Notes: generated from the sequence alone by a model not told the origin. A DNA stretch of 64,000 nucleotides from Octopus sinensis (GCF_006345805.1 NC_043009.1:22630001-22694000), one strand, 5' to 3'; counted from the first letter of the stretch, positions 38,524 to 53,049 are shown. Numbers and translations are program-made.

Positions 38524-38778
38524 CAGTAGTTGTCAACCAGAGGTCATAAGACCCTTCAGGGGTCAATATAAGATTTTGTTGTTAAAATATATGAGCAATA
38601 AATTGGTTATACATCTACAATATACAAAATATTTAAAGAATTTCTTTTATATACAATTTCTAATAATATTCAATTATCAAAAAAAGAAAAAAGGATTTTT
38701 TATAAACATTGGAGGTGGGCAGCAGAGAAAGATAGAAATCAAAAGGGTCCACAACCAAAAAATGGTTGAGAAACACTG
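38524..38778. mobile_element. hAT (Charlie-like) MITE
   Basis: TIRs CAGTAGTTGTCAACC / GGTTGAGAAACACTG. 8-bp flanks CTTTACCA / CCTTACAA match at 6 of 8. A partial relative is at ~20144-20315. Confidence 0.7.
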
Positions 38779-38979
38779 CCTTACAAGAGTGTTGTAAACT
38801 GAACTCAATGCTTGACCCCCAAAAGGATGAAAGCAGTGAACACAGTGAAGGTCTGAACTCAGAACCTAAAGGGTGATAATTTTAATATTGGAGGTGTTCT
38901 GTCTAACACTATAAATACATATATTTACACAGGTAAATACATTATACACATCTATCTATCTATTTTTATACACACACAC

Positions 38980-39011
<32 letters not shown>

Positions 39012-39061
39012 ATGTGTGTATATAAAAATAGATAGATGTGTATAATATATTTACCTGTGGA

Positions 39062-39392
39062 GGTGCAATAACCAGTGGTTAGGGCAGTGGATTCACGGTT
39101 GTAGGGTTGCTGTTTCGATTCCCAGACCAGGTGTTGCGAGTGTTAATTGAGCGAAAACACCTAAAGCTCCATGAGGCTCTGGCAGAAGGCGGTGGCAAAC
39201 CCTGCTGTACTCATTCACCACAACTTTCTCTCACTCTTTCTTCCTGTTTCTGTTGTACCTGTATCTCAAAGGTCCAGCTTTGTCACACTCTGTATCATGC
39301 TGAATCTCCCCGAGAACTAAGTTAAAGGTACGCACGTCTGCGGAGTGGTCAGCCACTTGCATGTTAATTTCATGAACAGGCTGTTCCGTTGA
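39062..39392 (+). mobile_element. tRNA-headed SINE-like repeat (family D)
   Basis: A/B-box-like CAGTGGTTAGG..TTTCGATTCCC. The 3' half is shared with 33930-34070. Confidence 0.55.
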
Positions 39393-39604
39393 TCAATACC
39401 CACTACACTCTCGAAGTGGTTGGCATTAGGAAGGGCATCCAGAAACTTTGCCAGATCAGACTGAGCCTCAATCAAACCGTCCAACCCATGCCAGCATGGA
39501 AAGTGGACATTAAACGAAGACGATGATGATATATATGTGTGTGTGTAGAGAGAGAGAGAGATACATAGATATATGCACACACACACACATACATGTGTAT
39601 ATAA

Positions 39605-39639
<35 letters not shown>

Positions 39640-40719
39640 TACATACATACACACACACACATGGCCATCCGAAGATGTTTGTCTTCAGCAGTGTACTTAA
39701 ATACTGGTGTATTTACTTTGTCCCTGTGGCAAATAAAGGAAATTATTATGATTACTATTTCTGTTTATCAGTGACGGCACTCAACTGTCTGTGAAGAACT
39801 TCTTCTGACTTGATGTTTACTTTACATATCCAAACGCTTCCTTTTTTCTCTTCACTCTGGATATCACCATCACCACAATTATCATCATCATCACTTACTA
39901 CAGTTATCCCCACCACCACTACCATTATCATCATCACCACCACCACCATTACCATTATCATCGCCACCACCACCACCACCACCAGAACTATCAAAACCAC
40001 CAACACTGCCACAACCACCACAGCAAACACCAACACCACCATCATCATCATTGTCATCATCATCATCATCATCACCATCATTGTCATCATCATCTTTATG
40101 TTTCTGCCTTCAGGCTTTAGATGAAGTTTTTTCGGTACTGAAAAAATATCAGTGGGTAAAAAACCAAAGCTGAAGCTTGTTTTGTCTCTCGTTTCTTGTC
40201 TCGTCTGAGTTTTTGCCAAAAAACATGTAGCCTGCGCTGAATAACAGTCCACACTACATCCCACGCTCACCATACCCCACCACAACCACTGCCACGATCA
40301 TCACTGTTGCAGCCACCACCAGCTCTACATCTCACTGCATCACATCATTATCATATCACAGCTACTACTACTACTACTACCACCACTGGCATTATCACAA
40401 TTCTCGCCTACACAGCCCCTCCCACCACCTACCTGATCACAATGCTAACTCAATGGCCTGGCAATCTGATTTGGTTATGATTATTATTGTTATTATTATT
40501 ATTAAGGGGGTGAGCTGGCAGACTCATTAGCACACTGGACGAAATGCTTTGTGGTACTTCCTCTATTGTCATGTTCTGGGTTCAAATGCTGCCGAGGTTG
40601 ACTTTGTCTTTCATCCTTTTGGGGTAAATAAATTAAGTACCAGTTATGCACTGGATTCGATCTATTCGATGGTAAAAATGTCAATGGGTAGAAAGAATTA
40701 TAATTATTATTATTAAGAC

Positions 40720-41640
40720 AATAAGCAAGCAGAATCTCCCCAGTAGCATGCATGGACGAAATGCTTTAATTATTTTTGCCTGTATGCTCCGATCTGAGTT
40801 CAAATTCCCCAAGGTTAACTTTGCCTTTCATCCTTTTGGGGTCGATAATTAAGTACCAGTTGAAGACTGGGGTCGATGTAATCAACTCACTCTCTCCTCC
40901 CAAACTGCTGCCTTGTGGCAAAAATTTGAAACCATTATTATATCATCATTATTATATCATATGTTAATAATAAGTGTTGAGCAGAATCGTTAGCATGCTG
41001 GACGAAATGCTTAGCAGTTTTTTGCCTGTTGCTCCGATCTGAGTTCAAATTCCACCAAGGTTAACTTTGCCTTTCATCCTTTTGGGGTCGATAAATTAAG
41101 TACCAGTTGAAGACTGGGGTCGATGTAATCAACTCACTCTCTCCTCCCAAACTGCTGCCCTTGTGGCAAAATTTGAAACCATTATTATTATCATCATTAT
41201 TATTATCATTATTGTTAATAAAGTGTTGAGCTGGCAGAACTGTTAGCACACCAGGCAAAATGCTTTGTAGCATTTCGTCCATCTTTACCTTCTGAGTTCA
41301 AATTCTGCTGACATCAACTTTGCCTTTCATCCTTTCAGGGTCTATATATTAAGTACCAGTCAAGTGCTGGGGTCAATGTGATTGACTTATCTCCTCCCTA
41401 CAAGCTTCAGGCTTTGTGCCATTAGTAGAAAGGATTATTATTACTATGAAGGTAGAATCATAAGCATACTAGACAAAATGCTGAATGGTATTTAACTGTC
41501 TTTACATTCTGAGTTCAAATTCCACCAAGTTGAACTTTACCATTCATTCTCTTAGGGTCGATAAAATAAGTACCAGTTGAGCACTGGGTCACTATAATCA
41601 ACTAGATACCTCCCTCAAAATTGCTGGCCTTGTACCAACA
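40720..41640 (+). mobile_element. Head-to-tail cluster of family B SINEs, including a ~250-bp near-identical duplication
   Basis: 40735-40975 is nearly identical to 40985-41220. Confidence 0.75.
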
Positions 41641-43962
41641 CAACTGTTTAACCACGCAAGTTAACCTGTCATATCTATCAACTTTTCTTTCTTCTTTATC
41701 ACATACCTTGTTGTCAGTTGGATGTGTTATATCTATGACCCAGCACTGCTTGCTTTCTTTCACAATCATTAATATATCAGGTTTCCTATTCTCTATCTCA
41801 CAGCCACACTGAATCACAAAGTCCTACAGGATCTTTTGCATTATCATTTTTACTATCCTTGCTATTATTATTAAATCAAATTTTTCAAGTTCCACTCAAA
41901 AAGGAAAATGAGTGTCGAGAGGTAAGTGTTGTCATCTAGCAAATTTGTTGAAAGGTGGGTGGATGTCAGAAAGATAGCCATCGTGGTACCTTGGGCAAGT
42001 GTCTTCTGCTATAGCCTCAAGCCGACCAAAGCTTTGTGAGTGGATTTGGTAGACGGAAACTGAAAGAAGCCTGTCATATATATGTATACATATATATATG
42101 TATGTGTGTGTGTGTGTTTGTTTGTCCCCCCAACATCGTTTGACAACTGATGATGGTGTGTTTATGTCCCCGTAGCTTAGTGGTTCGGCAAAATACAACA
42201 GGCTTCTTTCAGTTTCCATCTACCAAATCCACTCACAAAAGCGACTGATAGAATAAGTACTAGGCATCCAAAGAATAAGTCCCAGGGTCGATTTGCTCGA
42301 CTAAAGGTGGTGCTCCAGCATGGCCACAGTCAAATGACTGAAACAAGTAAATGAGTAAAAAAGAGTAAAGGAGAGAGTATAGATGAATGTTTTTTTGCAA
42401 AATCCTTTGTATATTGTGTTGTATTGTCCTTTAATGTTTTGATTTATATTAGCTCTTGTGGCCAATAAAAGAATTAATTAATTATTATTATTAGCATGCC
42501 AGGCAAAATGCTTAATGACATTTCATCATCTTTACCTTCTGAATTCAAATTCCGCTGAGGTCAACTTTGCCTTTCCTCCTTTCAGGGTTGATAAAATAAA
42601 TACTGATTGAGCACTGGGGTCAATGTAATCAAATTTCCCACTCTCCCAAAATTACTGGCCTTGTGCCAAAATTTGGAACTATTATTATAATTGAATGAGA
42701 GAGCAGCACATGCCATCAAATATATGAAGCTCAATATACCTATCATGGCTACCTGTCTGATAAGAGGACACCAGGCACATGCATCACAACTACATATGCA
42801 CAAAACGGTGACCTTATATGAAGATGAATAGCACATAACCTTGCAGGTGGAACATTTTCTTCAGGTCGAGTAGCCTATCTTGCTAAAGAGGTCCCTGAAT
42901 AAGGATTGTTTAAGGATGAGGAACAAAATACCCATGTCTCCAGGGGTGAATTATTCAAACTCCAAAGAATTCCTCTTAACACATGTCTACGTTGCTCCCT
43001 CACTACTTCTGCTCATGATCAGAGATCTATATATCATCAGCCACTAAGAGACATGCTCAACTAGTTAAGACCAAGCAACTGATTAGCAAACCTGTGGTAT
43101 TGAGCAGAATATTTGCTATAGCCCATCTTTTACGCCAAGACAAAACATGTCCACGATAATAACACTTCCAATCAGTTAAGATCAGAAGCTATGAAAGCCA
43201 CTGTCTGATATTGCATCAGGACATTTCTTCTTTATTCATTTTATTAAGATTAGTATTTTCTATTTTTATTATGACTATTATGACTAGCGCTGTTATTGTT
43301 ATCTTTATTATTATTAAGATTTAAAACTATTTTTCATTTCAAAGTTTGGAAATTTACTTGTGTAGCCATCCATTACTCTTCTTGGAAATAATAAAAAAAT
43401 TTTGTACGCACACATTTGTTTACATAACCACACACAAACACACATGAGCAAATATCTGCACAAATATACCGTTGCATACAGTTTAATTGAATAGATTTTA
43501 CTTAGAGTGATAGACAAATTCCATAACTGTTTTTTAAATTGTTTTTTTAATAGACGAGGAAAAGTTCTAAACTGAAAATATACATTAATTTCTACACAAA
43601 CACGAAATTGCAGGTGCGCATGTGTGCGGTTATATGTTGGTATCTTGAAATTCGTTCTCTTTTTTTTTGTCTTTTACTCTTAAGTGTTTATATATTTAAA
43701 TATGCTTTCATGTGATGTTTGTTTACTTGCACATATACGTAGACAGATATCACACATGCATGTGTGTGCATCCATGCATGTGCACAAACACATCTGTTTA
43801 TGTGCCTGTATGCATGTATATGCCTAATATGTATATGGGTATGTACATTTCTGCACATACACACACTTACACATGCATACAGTTCTACCTATCTATCTCT
43901 CCATTTATACATATACACACATACATATATGTACATATACATATATAAATATATATGTGTGC

Positions 43963-44005
<43 letters not shown>

Positions 44006-45180
44006 CATGTACTACTAATGCATGGCTGACAAACCTTTTAGCTAATTTTACAAAGGGGGTGGGGATGATGTACATAGGTGGAGAGGGAGAATGCACATAC
44101 CATGCAGTGGGATGTACCAAGGTACAGAGCAAAGTGAGTTGGGAAGTATTAATGTTTTCAACCCATGTGAAAGGAGGGATGGCTTTGGCTATCAGTGTCA
44201 TCAGACACCATCATCAGAAGCCGGGAAAATGTGCAGTGCTGGAGTATAAGTTACAGCAGTATTAGTTCGAGGTGAATGAACAAGGAGTTCACTTTTGGTT
44301 CACAACTCTGAGACAGAATTGTTCTTGTAATTTTGTTTGTTTTTCTTTTTTATTGTTGTCTGAACTCACATATGTACTTTCCACTATCAACAGCGATAGA
44401 TTTAAATTAACACTGCTATTCCTTTCTACTGAATCAGTTAAGACGAGCCAATCAGTAACAAAGTTAGTACTAACTTATCAAATGCCGGGGAATATTTTTA
44501 AAGAAAAGAAAAAACTGTATGGCAGTGTGAATAAGACTTATGTTTCCCAACTACATGGTTTTGGGTTCAGTCCCATTGCATAGCAGCTTGAACAACAACA
44601 ACTATCTTTTATTATAGCACAGGGTTGACCAAACTGCGACAGTGGATTTTGAAGAGGGGAAACTGTTAGAGGCCCATCACGTGTGTTCTTGTCTTGATAT
44701 CGCATGATAGTTGTAAATGAATATCACTGTCATACAAGCAGTGTCGTTCATCCGTTTTCCATGCTGGCATAGGTTGGAGGGTTTGACTGAAGACTGGTAA
44801 GCCAGATGGTTGTTTGTACCAGGCTCCAATCATTCATTTCCAATATTCTACTAAAACATGTCTGGCCATGGGTAAACACTGCCTGGCTTGGAAATTGGTG
44901 GGAGTTGGTATCAAGAAGAGTATCCAGCTGTAGAAAATCTGTTTTAATAAAGTCTGTCCAAGCATGGAAGAGTGGACATTAAACCAATGATGATGCTCAG
45001 GAATACAGCCCATCTCATACTCAGTCCTGCCTTTCTTTTTTTTTTTTTAAATTATTAACATTATTAGATATTCATAAATATTGTGATTGATCTTTTTAAA
45101 GTGGTACCTTGAGCAAGTGGCTTCTGCTACAACCTTGAGCTGACCAAAGCCTTGTGAGTGGATTTGGTAGATAGAAATTT

Positions 45181-45412
45181 AAGGTGGCAAGCTGGCAAAA
45201 ACGTTAGCATGCCGGGCAAAATGCTTAGAGGTATTTCGTCTGCTGCTATGTTCTGAGTTCAAATTCTGCCAAGGTCGACTTTGCCTTTCATCCTTTTGAG
45301 CTCAATTAAATAAGTACCAGTTACGCACTGGGGTTGATACAATTGACAATCCGTTTGTCTGTCCTTGTTTCTCCCCTCTGTGTGTAGCCCCTTGCGGGCA
45401 GTAAAGAAATAG
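45181..45412 (+). mobile_element. Family B SINE with Tx1-like tail, nested in a family A SINE
   Basis: The host reads GTAGATAGAAA|insert|GAAACTGAAAGAAGCC. Confidence 0.8.
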
Positions 45413-46630
45413 GAAACTGAAAGAAGCCTGTTGTATGTGTGTATTCATATAAACTCACATACATATATATATGTGTGGGTGTTTTGTGCCTGTGTTTGTC
45501 CCCCCCACCCAGCTTCACAACCTGTGCTGTTTTGGTTACATCGCTATAACTTAGTGGTTTAGCAAAAGAGATCGATAGAAAAAGAACTAGGCTTCAAAAA
45601 TAAAATCAGATTAGCTTTATCCCTATTCCTTGCATTAGATATGCTGGTGCTAACTTTATTACAGGTTGGTTAGCCTTAAGAGAATTAATTGAAAGGAAAG
45701 GAATGACCGAGTGGTTAAGAAGCTTACTTCGCAGCCATGTGGTTTCAGGTTCAATCACACTTTGTTTCACCTTGGACAAGTGTCTTCTACTACAACCCCA
45801 GGGCAGCTATACTTTGTCAGTGAATTTAGATGGAAAGTGTGTAGAAGCCAGTCATGCATTTGTGTGTTGGTTGTGCATAGCCTCCCTACATAACTTCCCC
45901 CGATAAATAGTGTTGGTTTGTTTACATCCCTGTAGGTTACTGGTTCAGCAAAAGAGACCAATAGGATAAGTGCTAGCCTTTAAAAAAAGGCCATAAGTAC
46001 TGGGGTTGATTTATTTGACTAAAACCCTTGATGGTAGTGCCCTAGCATGGCCGTGGCCCAATTCCTGAAACCAGTAAAAGACGAAGATGTCACCACTGAC
46101 AGACTGTACAAAATACATGTGAGAATTCAAACAACAACAACAGTATCCAAGTTGCCCAACATCCAGCTTCCATGTGAAGGGTTCACAGTTCATATCCTGT
46201 CACTGTTGCATTATGTCCATGACCAAGATGGCTATGTAGCTCTCACTGGCTCAGTCAGCCTAGCAGTGTAAAAGTACCATGTGGAGGTACACTTCACAGT
46301 TGTAAACAGAACAAAAGCATTTTAATTTCTGTTGGTGTTGCTGTTTCACTCAGCATTAACCCCAACTGAATAGATTTTCCATCAAAATTGCTCCAGCCAT
46401 GACAATCCAGTTTATTATTATTCTTTTATTCTTTTACCTGTTTCAGTCATTTGACTGTGACCATGCTGGAGCACCACCTTTAGTCAAACAAAGTGACCCC
46501 AGAATGTATTCTTTGTAAGCCTCGTACTTATTCTATCGGTCTCTTTGCTGAACCGCTAAGTTACAGGTACGTAAACAGACCAGCATCTGTTGTCAAGTGA
46601 TGGTGGGGGGACAAGCACAGATACACAAAT

Positions 46631-46661
<31 letters not shown>

Positions 46662-48326
46662 CGACGGGCTTCTTTCAGTTTCCATCTACCAAATCCACTC
46701 ACAAGGCTTTGGTCAGCCTGAGGCTATAGTAGAAGACACTTGCCCAAGGTGACACGCAGTGGGACTGAACCCAGAGCAATGTGGTTGGTAAGCAAGCTAC
46801 TTACCACACAGCCATGCCTCTTTTTTTTTTTTTGTTTCTCTCTCTCAGCTAAATTGCCATGAAAACTGTCAGATATGTTGTTGCCATTTAACACCAAGTC
46901 AGCACTGGTCAAACAGATCAATGGTCAATGCATTTCAGCCACAATACATCCAATCTTGTTCCATCATTGCCTTTTATTTTCAGACACTCAGCTCAAGATT
47001 ATATTATCCAATGTATCTTTCCTTTTTCTAAGTTTGAAGAGGAAGTTAGCTACTATTTCTAGCAAACCCAGTGACTACATAGATGCTATCTTGTAAAATA
47101 AATATGATTTTCATCTATCTCTTACTTGATTCAGTCATTGGACTGCCACCATAAAGGGTTTGCTTGAACAAACCAACCTGTACTTTTAAATCTGGTTCTT
47201 TTTCTATCAGTCTCTCTTGCCAAACTGCTAAGTTATGGGAACATAAAGAAACCAACACCAGTCAAGTGGTGATGGTGGGAGGATGAACACAAACACAGAG
47301 AACAGATTTCCAGTGTCTGTTTACAGAATTCACTCATAAGGAATTGGCTGGCCTGGAGCTATAGTAGAAAACATTTGTCCAAGGTACTGCTACCACACAA
47401 TGGGACTGAACCTGAAACCAAATAATTGCAAACTGAGATTCCTAAACCAAACCAGCCATCCCTTCGCTTGTCTGAGATTTATATAAGATATATACATTTG
47501 TATGCATAAAATATGGCAACTGTCATATATCAACTGCAAAGGCACTTTTTTAAAATCAAGATCGCGATAACAGTCAAATAATATTACGTATACATCCAAC
47601 ACCTTGTCTACAAGTGCAGAGTAAAATTACTTCAGTGACAAAATGACATCTGCGAAAACACTTGAATGACAAAGGAGTTGCTGTGTTGAATAGATGGCAT
47701 CCAGTGAGTGTTTTTGATGAAAAATTCTGCCAATCTACCAAAGTGACAACATTCCCATCCTGATATTTGTAATTAGATACAGAACGAACTGAGGAAACGA
47801 AGCGGGGGGCAAGGAGAGGGAGCAAGAGAAATCAGTGTTTGCACAAGCTTGTTTTCTTGAAGGAATCTCAATTAACACCTACTTGCAGTTATAAACATAT
47901 GCACACACAGACATATACATGATGTTTAAGTGCACACTAATGCATACACATAACACTTCAGTGCACACACACATACACACACACACAGTCAAGTGCACTC
48001 ACTTGTATATTTATGTGCATGCATAAATACATGTATGTATATGTGCTTATATATGTGTGTTTGTGTGAGTGTTTTTAGATATAGAAATTATTTATAAATA
48101 CATATACGTGCATATATAACATCACTTAAACAGTTGTTTACATAATACTCACACGTGTATGCACATATGTATACATACTTATATACATACATGTATGCAT
48201 ATACATATATGTATGTACATACATAAATGTGAATATAAATCAACATGATCATCTTTAATGTCCATGTTCCATGCTGGCATGGGTTGGATGGTTGACAGGA
48301 TCTGATAGGTTCAATGTGAAGACACA

Positions 48327-48652
48327 CGGATCAGTAGTTAGAGCTTTGGGCTCACAATCATGTGGTAGAGAGTTTGATTCCTGGATGAGGCTGTGTGTTG
48401 TGTTCTTGAGCAAGACACTTTATTTCTCATTGCTCCAGTTCACTCAGCTGTGGAAATGAGTTGCGACATCACTGGTGCAAAGCTGTATTGGTCTTTGCCT
48501 TTCCCTTGGATAACATCAGTGGTGTGGAGAGGAAAGGCTGGTATGCATGGGCGACTGCCGGTCTTCCATAATGAACCTTGCCTGGAATTGTGTCTTGGAA
48601 GGGAACTCTCTAAGTGCAATCACATGGTCATTCATGACTGAATGGGGTCTTT
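48327..48652 (+). mobile_element. Family C SINE-like repeat
   Basis: Homologous to 21232-21560. Confidence 0.6.
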
Positions 48653-48921
48653 ACCAATGGACTCAAGAACTGCATCATGCCCCAGGGTCTGTTCTGGCTT
48701 AGTTTCAATGGCTGGAGGCCCTTCCACAATACAATCACTTTACAGTATGTATTGAGTGCTTTTTTTATGCCACCTTCACTAGCAAGGTACTGGGTTCAAT
48801 TTGCTTAGCTAAAATCCTTCAAGGCAGTGCCCCAGCATGGCCACAGTCTAATGATTGAAATAAGAAAAAAAATTAAAAGATATTCCATATTTATTTAAAC
48901 ATTTTTTTTTACATTATTTAA

Positions 48922-49119
48922 CCCTTTAGTATTCAAATTATTCCATCAAAAGTAATGCTTTATTGTCTTGAATTTATCCTGCATTATCTTGTAGCTTCAA
49001 GATTACAGTGTTGTGATTGTTTATTTTTAGGATAGGTGCAAGAGGCCTGATCTAGCTGGTTTGAACATAACACAAGTAGAATATTTAGGCTGGATATGGC
49101 TAGTTTAAATGCTTAAGGG
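48922..49119. mobile_element. piggyBac-type MITE
   Basis: TTAA|CCCTTTAG..TAAGGG|TTAA termini. Confidence 0.75.
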
Positions 49120-49383
49120 TTAAAATTCTAGTGACATGTGGGATTTGATCTCAGAAGCATATGGATCCAGAACAGATACTGTAAGGCAACTTGCCCAACA
49201 GTCTATCGATTCAGTTTACCTGCCAACCTGAACGGGTCCCTTACTTATACAACTCCAAAAGGATGAAAGGGAAAGTTGACCTTGATAGAATATGAATTCA
49301 GAACACAGACGGTCAGAGTAAATACCACAAAAAGATTTTATTTACATTGGACAGACAGGTGTCTTCACCTTGTCTATTGTTAC

Positions 49384-49425
49384 CACAACATTTCAGCTGC
49401 TGTATTCTCCAGTATTCATCAGGTG
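49384..49425 (-). ncRNA. Degenerate type I hammerhead motif
   Basis: CAC-CTGATGA-A-TACTG..CAGCT-GAAA-TGTT-GTG. Stem II is damaged. Confidence 0.45.
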
Positions 49426-49782
49426 TTCTGGTGGAATTTTTAACCCAACCTTTTATTTAACTACTGGATTACTTTGTTCTCATTCTTAAGTTATTTTTTG
49501 CTGATGTTGTTATTATTTATTCAAGTCACTGACTGGGATTGAACTCAGAATCTTGAGATTAGTAGCTCACACTCTTGACCACTACGCTATATGCCCACGA
49601 GAAAATAGTGTAGTGGTTAAGAGTGTGAGCTACTAACTCCAAGATTTCAGGTTCAATCCCAGTCAGTGACTTGAATGAATAAATAAATAAATAATAATAA
49701 TATCAGCAAAAAATACCTTAGGAATGAGAACAGTGTACCATATGACTCAAATAAAGGGTTGGGTTTTGAAATTCCACCAGGG

Positions 49783-49824
49783 CACCTGATGAAGGCTGGA
49801 GAGTACATCAGCTGAAATGTTGTG
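49783..49824 (+). ncRNA. Degenerate type I hammerhead motif
   Basis: CAC-CTGATGA-A-GGCTG(gagagtacat)CAGCT-GAAA-TGTT-GTG. Consistent with CpG decay of an ancestral CAGCC-GAAACGTT (inference). Confidence 0.6.
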
Positions 49825-50766
49825 GTAACAACAAACAAGGTGAGGACACCTACCTGTCCATTGTAAATAATGTACACAATTCCTCATCTCTAAAACATAG
49901 AACAGTACAAAAAGACTTATCTGCCACTCTAGCAACAACTCTGCTAAGTTCTCCGATGTTAAGTTAATTACTTATAATACTCTATGACTAACTTAATCAG
50001 CTATATCAAGGCTAAGGAACCTGTAGCTTTTGAGGTTCTCAAGTATAGATTTCTTGAAGTGTGAATTTTTGTATATAAAAAAAAAAGCATTTTTGCTGAC
50101 TACATGGTTATAACATGGTATATTATTATAACACATTATTATTCTATGGTATGTTAATATATTCGTTTTCGTCCTGCTGGGTTTCAAGTAGGCCCCCTCC
50201 TTAGGGGACCCTGGTGTTTGGTGGTGGTGGTGATGGTGGGGTTGCTCAGTATTATACTTATTCATTCAATATGTCATAAACAGGTCAGTTTATATTATTA
50301 TTGTTATTTTTTCTTTATTCAATAATCATAATTGCATTTGTATAATAAATATAATTACTGTTTTCTGCATATTCTATAAAATTTTCTTTAATGAAATCTT
50401 CTTAGATTACACTCAATTCATGGAGGACCTCCAATATAGAACGGCTTCCCATTGCTGAACTCTTCTTGTTTTGACACAAAAATTGCTTTGAAAATACCCA
50501 TTACATCATCATCATAATTTTTGTTTCATGTCCACTTTTCCATGCTGGCATGGGTCAGGCAGATTCTGTCGAGACAGATTTTCTACAGCTGGATGCCCTT
50601 CCTGTCACCAACCCTCACATATCAGATGGCCAGATGTGTTTTCATGGAAATCTGGTAACTAACAACATTGTTTGTATGATGGTGATGCTCATTTATAATC
50701 GTCACTTCAAGACAAGACATGCATGTGTGCACACACACATTAATATGATGGGCTTCTTTTTAGTTT

Positions 50767-50997
50767 CTTATTTCTTTATTGTCCACAAGACGCTAAACAT
50801 AGAGAGGACAAATAAGGACAAAGGGATTAAGTCGATTACATCAACCCCAGTGCGTAACTGGTTCTTAATTTATCGACACCAAAAGGATGTAAGGCAAAGT
50901 CGACCTCGGCGGAATTTGAACTCAGAACGTAGTGGCAGACGAAATACCGCTAAGCATTTCACCTGGCGTGCTAATGTTTCTCCCAGCTCGCCGCCTT
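50767..50997 (-). mobile_element. Family B SINE with Tx1-like tail, nested at the same family A site
   Basis: Left flank GGCTTCTTTTTAGTTT, right flank TTCAGTTTCAGTTTCTTTTCAGTTTCT. Confidence 0.8.
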
Positions 50998-51221
50998 TTC
51001 AGTTTCAGTTTCTTTTCAGTTTCTGCCTACTAAAATCCATTCACAATGCTTTGCTCAACCCAAGGCTATAGTAGAAAACATTCACCCAAGGTGCAGTGAG
51101 ATTGAACCCAAGACAAGGCTGGGAAGGAAGCATTTTGACCACACAGCCACACCTGAGCCTACAACTACACACATATTAAAAAGAAAACTTAATTGCACTT
51201 GAATACCTAATTACAAGGATA

Positions 51222-51625
51222 CTCTTTTACTTTTACTTGTTTCAGTCATTTGACTGCGGCCATGCGGGAGCACCGCCTTTAGTTGAGCAAATCAACCTCA
51301 GAACTTATTCTTTGTAAGCGTAATACCTATTCTCTCGGTCTCTTTTGCTGAACCGCTAAGTTACGGGGACATAAATACACCAGCATCGGTTGTCAAGCGA
51401 TGTTGGAGGGGGGCAAACACAGACACACAAACATATACACAAACACACATATATATATATATATATACATATATATAACGGGCTTTTTTCAGTTTCCGTC
51501 CACCAAATCCACTCACAAGGCTTTGGTCGGCCTGAGGCTATAGTAGAAGACACTTGTCCAAGGTACCACGCAGTGGGACTGAACCCGGAACCATGTGGTT
51601 CTTAAGCAAGCTACTTACCACACAG
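51222..51625 (-). mobile_element. Family A SINE
   Basis: Reverse complement of the consensus. Further copies at 46425-46820, 51970-52368 and 62675-63052. Confidence 0.8.
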
Positions 51626-52143
51626 AATTAAAATTATCTTCTTTGTAGACTTTACAGAAGCGGGGGTTGGGTGCTCAAGGGAGAGGGTGGTGGATACACA
51701 AGCAAATATCTTGCTTGGAAACAGGTGATGGTTGGTGACAGGAAGTGCATCTTTCTCAAAAATCATCCATCAACCTGTGCAAATGTGGAAAGTGGACATT
51801 AAAACTGACATGTAGTTAAGAAGTTTGTTTAGCAACTACATGGTTTCAGGTTCAGACCCACTGCACAACAACTTAGGCAAGTCTCCTCCATTATAACCCC
51901 AGGCCAACAAATACTTTGGGAGTGTATTTGATAGACAGAAACTGTGTAGAAGTTTGTTGCATTATGTATACTCTTTTGTTTCAGTCATTCGACTGTGGCC
52001 ATGCTGGAGCACCGCCTTTAGTCGAGGAAATTGACCCCAGGACTTATTCTTTTGTAAGCCTAGTACTTATTCTATCATTCTCTTTTGCCGAACTGCTAAG
52101 TTACAGAGACTAAACACACCAGCATTGGTTGTCAAGACACACA

Positions 52144-52201
<58 letters not shown>

Positions 52202-52745
52202 TATATATGACGGGTTTCTTTCAGTGTCTATCTACCAAATCTACTCACAAGGCTTTGGTCGGCCCGAGGCTGTAGTAGAAGACACTTGCCCAAGGTGCCA
52301 CACCTTGAAATCGGAAGCATGTGGTTGATAAGCAAGCTACTTACCACACAGTCACTCCTGCGCCTATGTATATATGAGACAAATGCCGTCAGTAATTATT
52401 CAGGGTAGGCAAATGATGACCCTTATGCTGTAAAACACACAAAAAACAAGCAAAACACAGGTACGAGACTAAGTTGTTGGCAGATCTACTACTGCTTTTA
52501 TAGCACGCAAAGAAAATGTTGTAGGAATGTACGCGACACGTGTACTACAGCAGTATTATGCAGAGTTTAAATACTGAGATTGAAAAGCAGGGGTGAATTA
52601 TGCCTGCCTTATCTATAGAAAAATAAAACATTTTGCATTTTATACATAGTAATCACAGTAACCTTCATGATTTTATTGAATTAGGTGCATATTTTGCCAT
52701 GAAAGGAAAATGTTGCTATCGATCTATTTTATCCTGGTGTGTGTA

Positions 52746-52798
<53 letters not shown>

Positions 52799-53049
52799 GT
52801 TGAGCTCACACACACAGTGTGTGTGTATGTGTGTGGTGTGTATGTCTTTACCTGTATTTTTCACCCTGACCACCACCACTTGACAACCAGTGTTGGTTTA
52901 ACAGAGATTGATAGAATAAGTAGAATCAGTATCAAAAAACAAAAAAAAAAAGAGAAAGAAAAAAGTACTGAGGACAATTTGCTTAGCTAAGAAGATTTTC
53001 AAAGCAATGTTCCAGTATGGCCGTAATCCAGGGACTGAAACTAGTAAAA

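Larger units (their letters stand above)
49338..49870. mobile_element. Head-to-head inverted pair of a tRNA-headed element with a hammerhead-bearing tail
   Basis: Arms 49338-49590 and 49605-49870 (diverged, roughly 80% by eye). Each has TAGYGTAGTGG..GTTCAATCCC followed by CTGATGA..GAAA. Confidence 0.75.

Noticed and set aside
42690-43225. Segment that looks like another dispersed repeat ending near an ATT-rich run
   Set aside because: Single copy in this window with no diagnostic termini or ORF, so it cannot be classified from the sequence alone.
43545-43616. Possible 60-nt in-frame exon (TRKSSKLKIYINFYTNTKLQ)
   Set aside because: Weak donor (GTGCGC) and an unrecognisable peptide.
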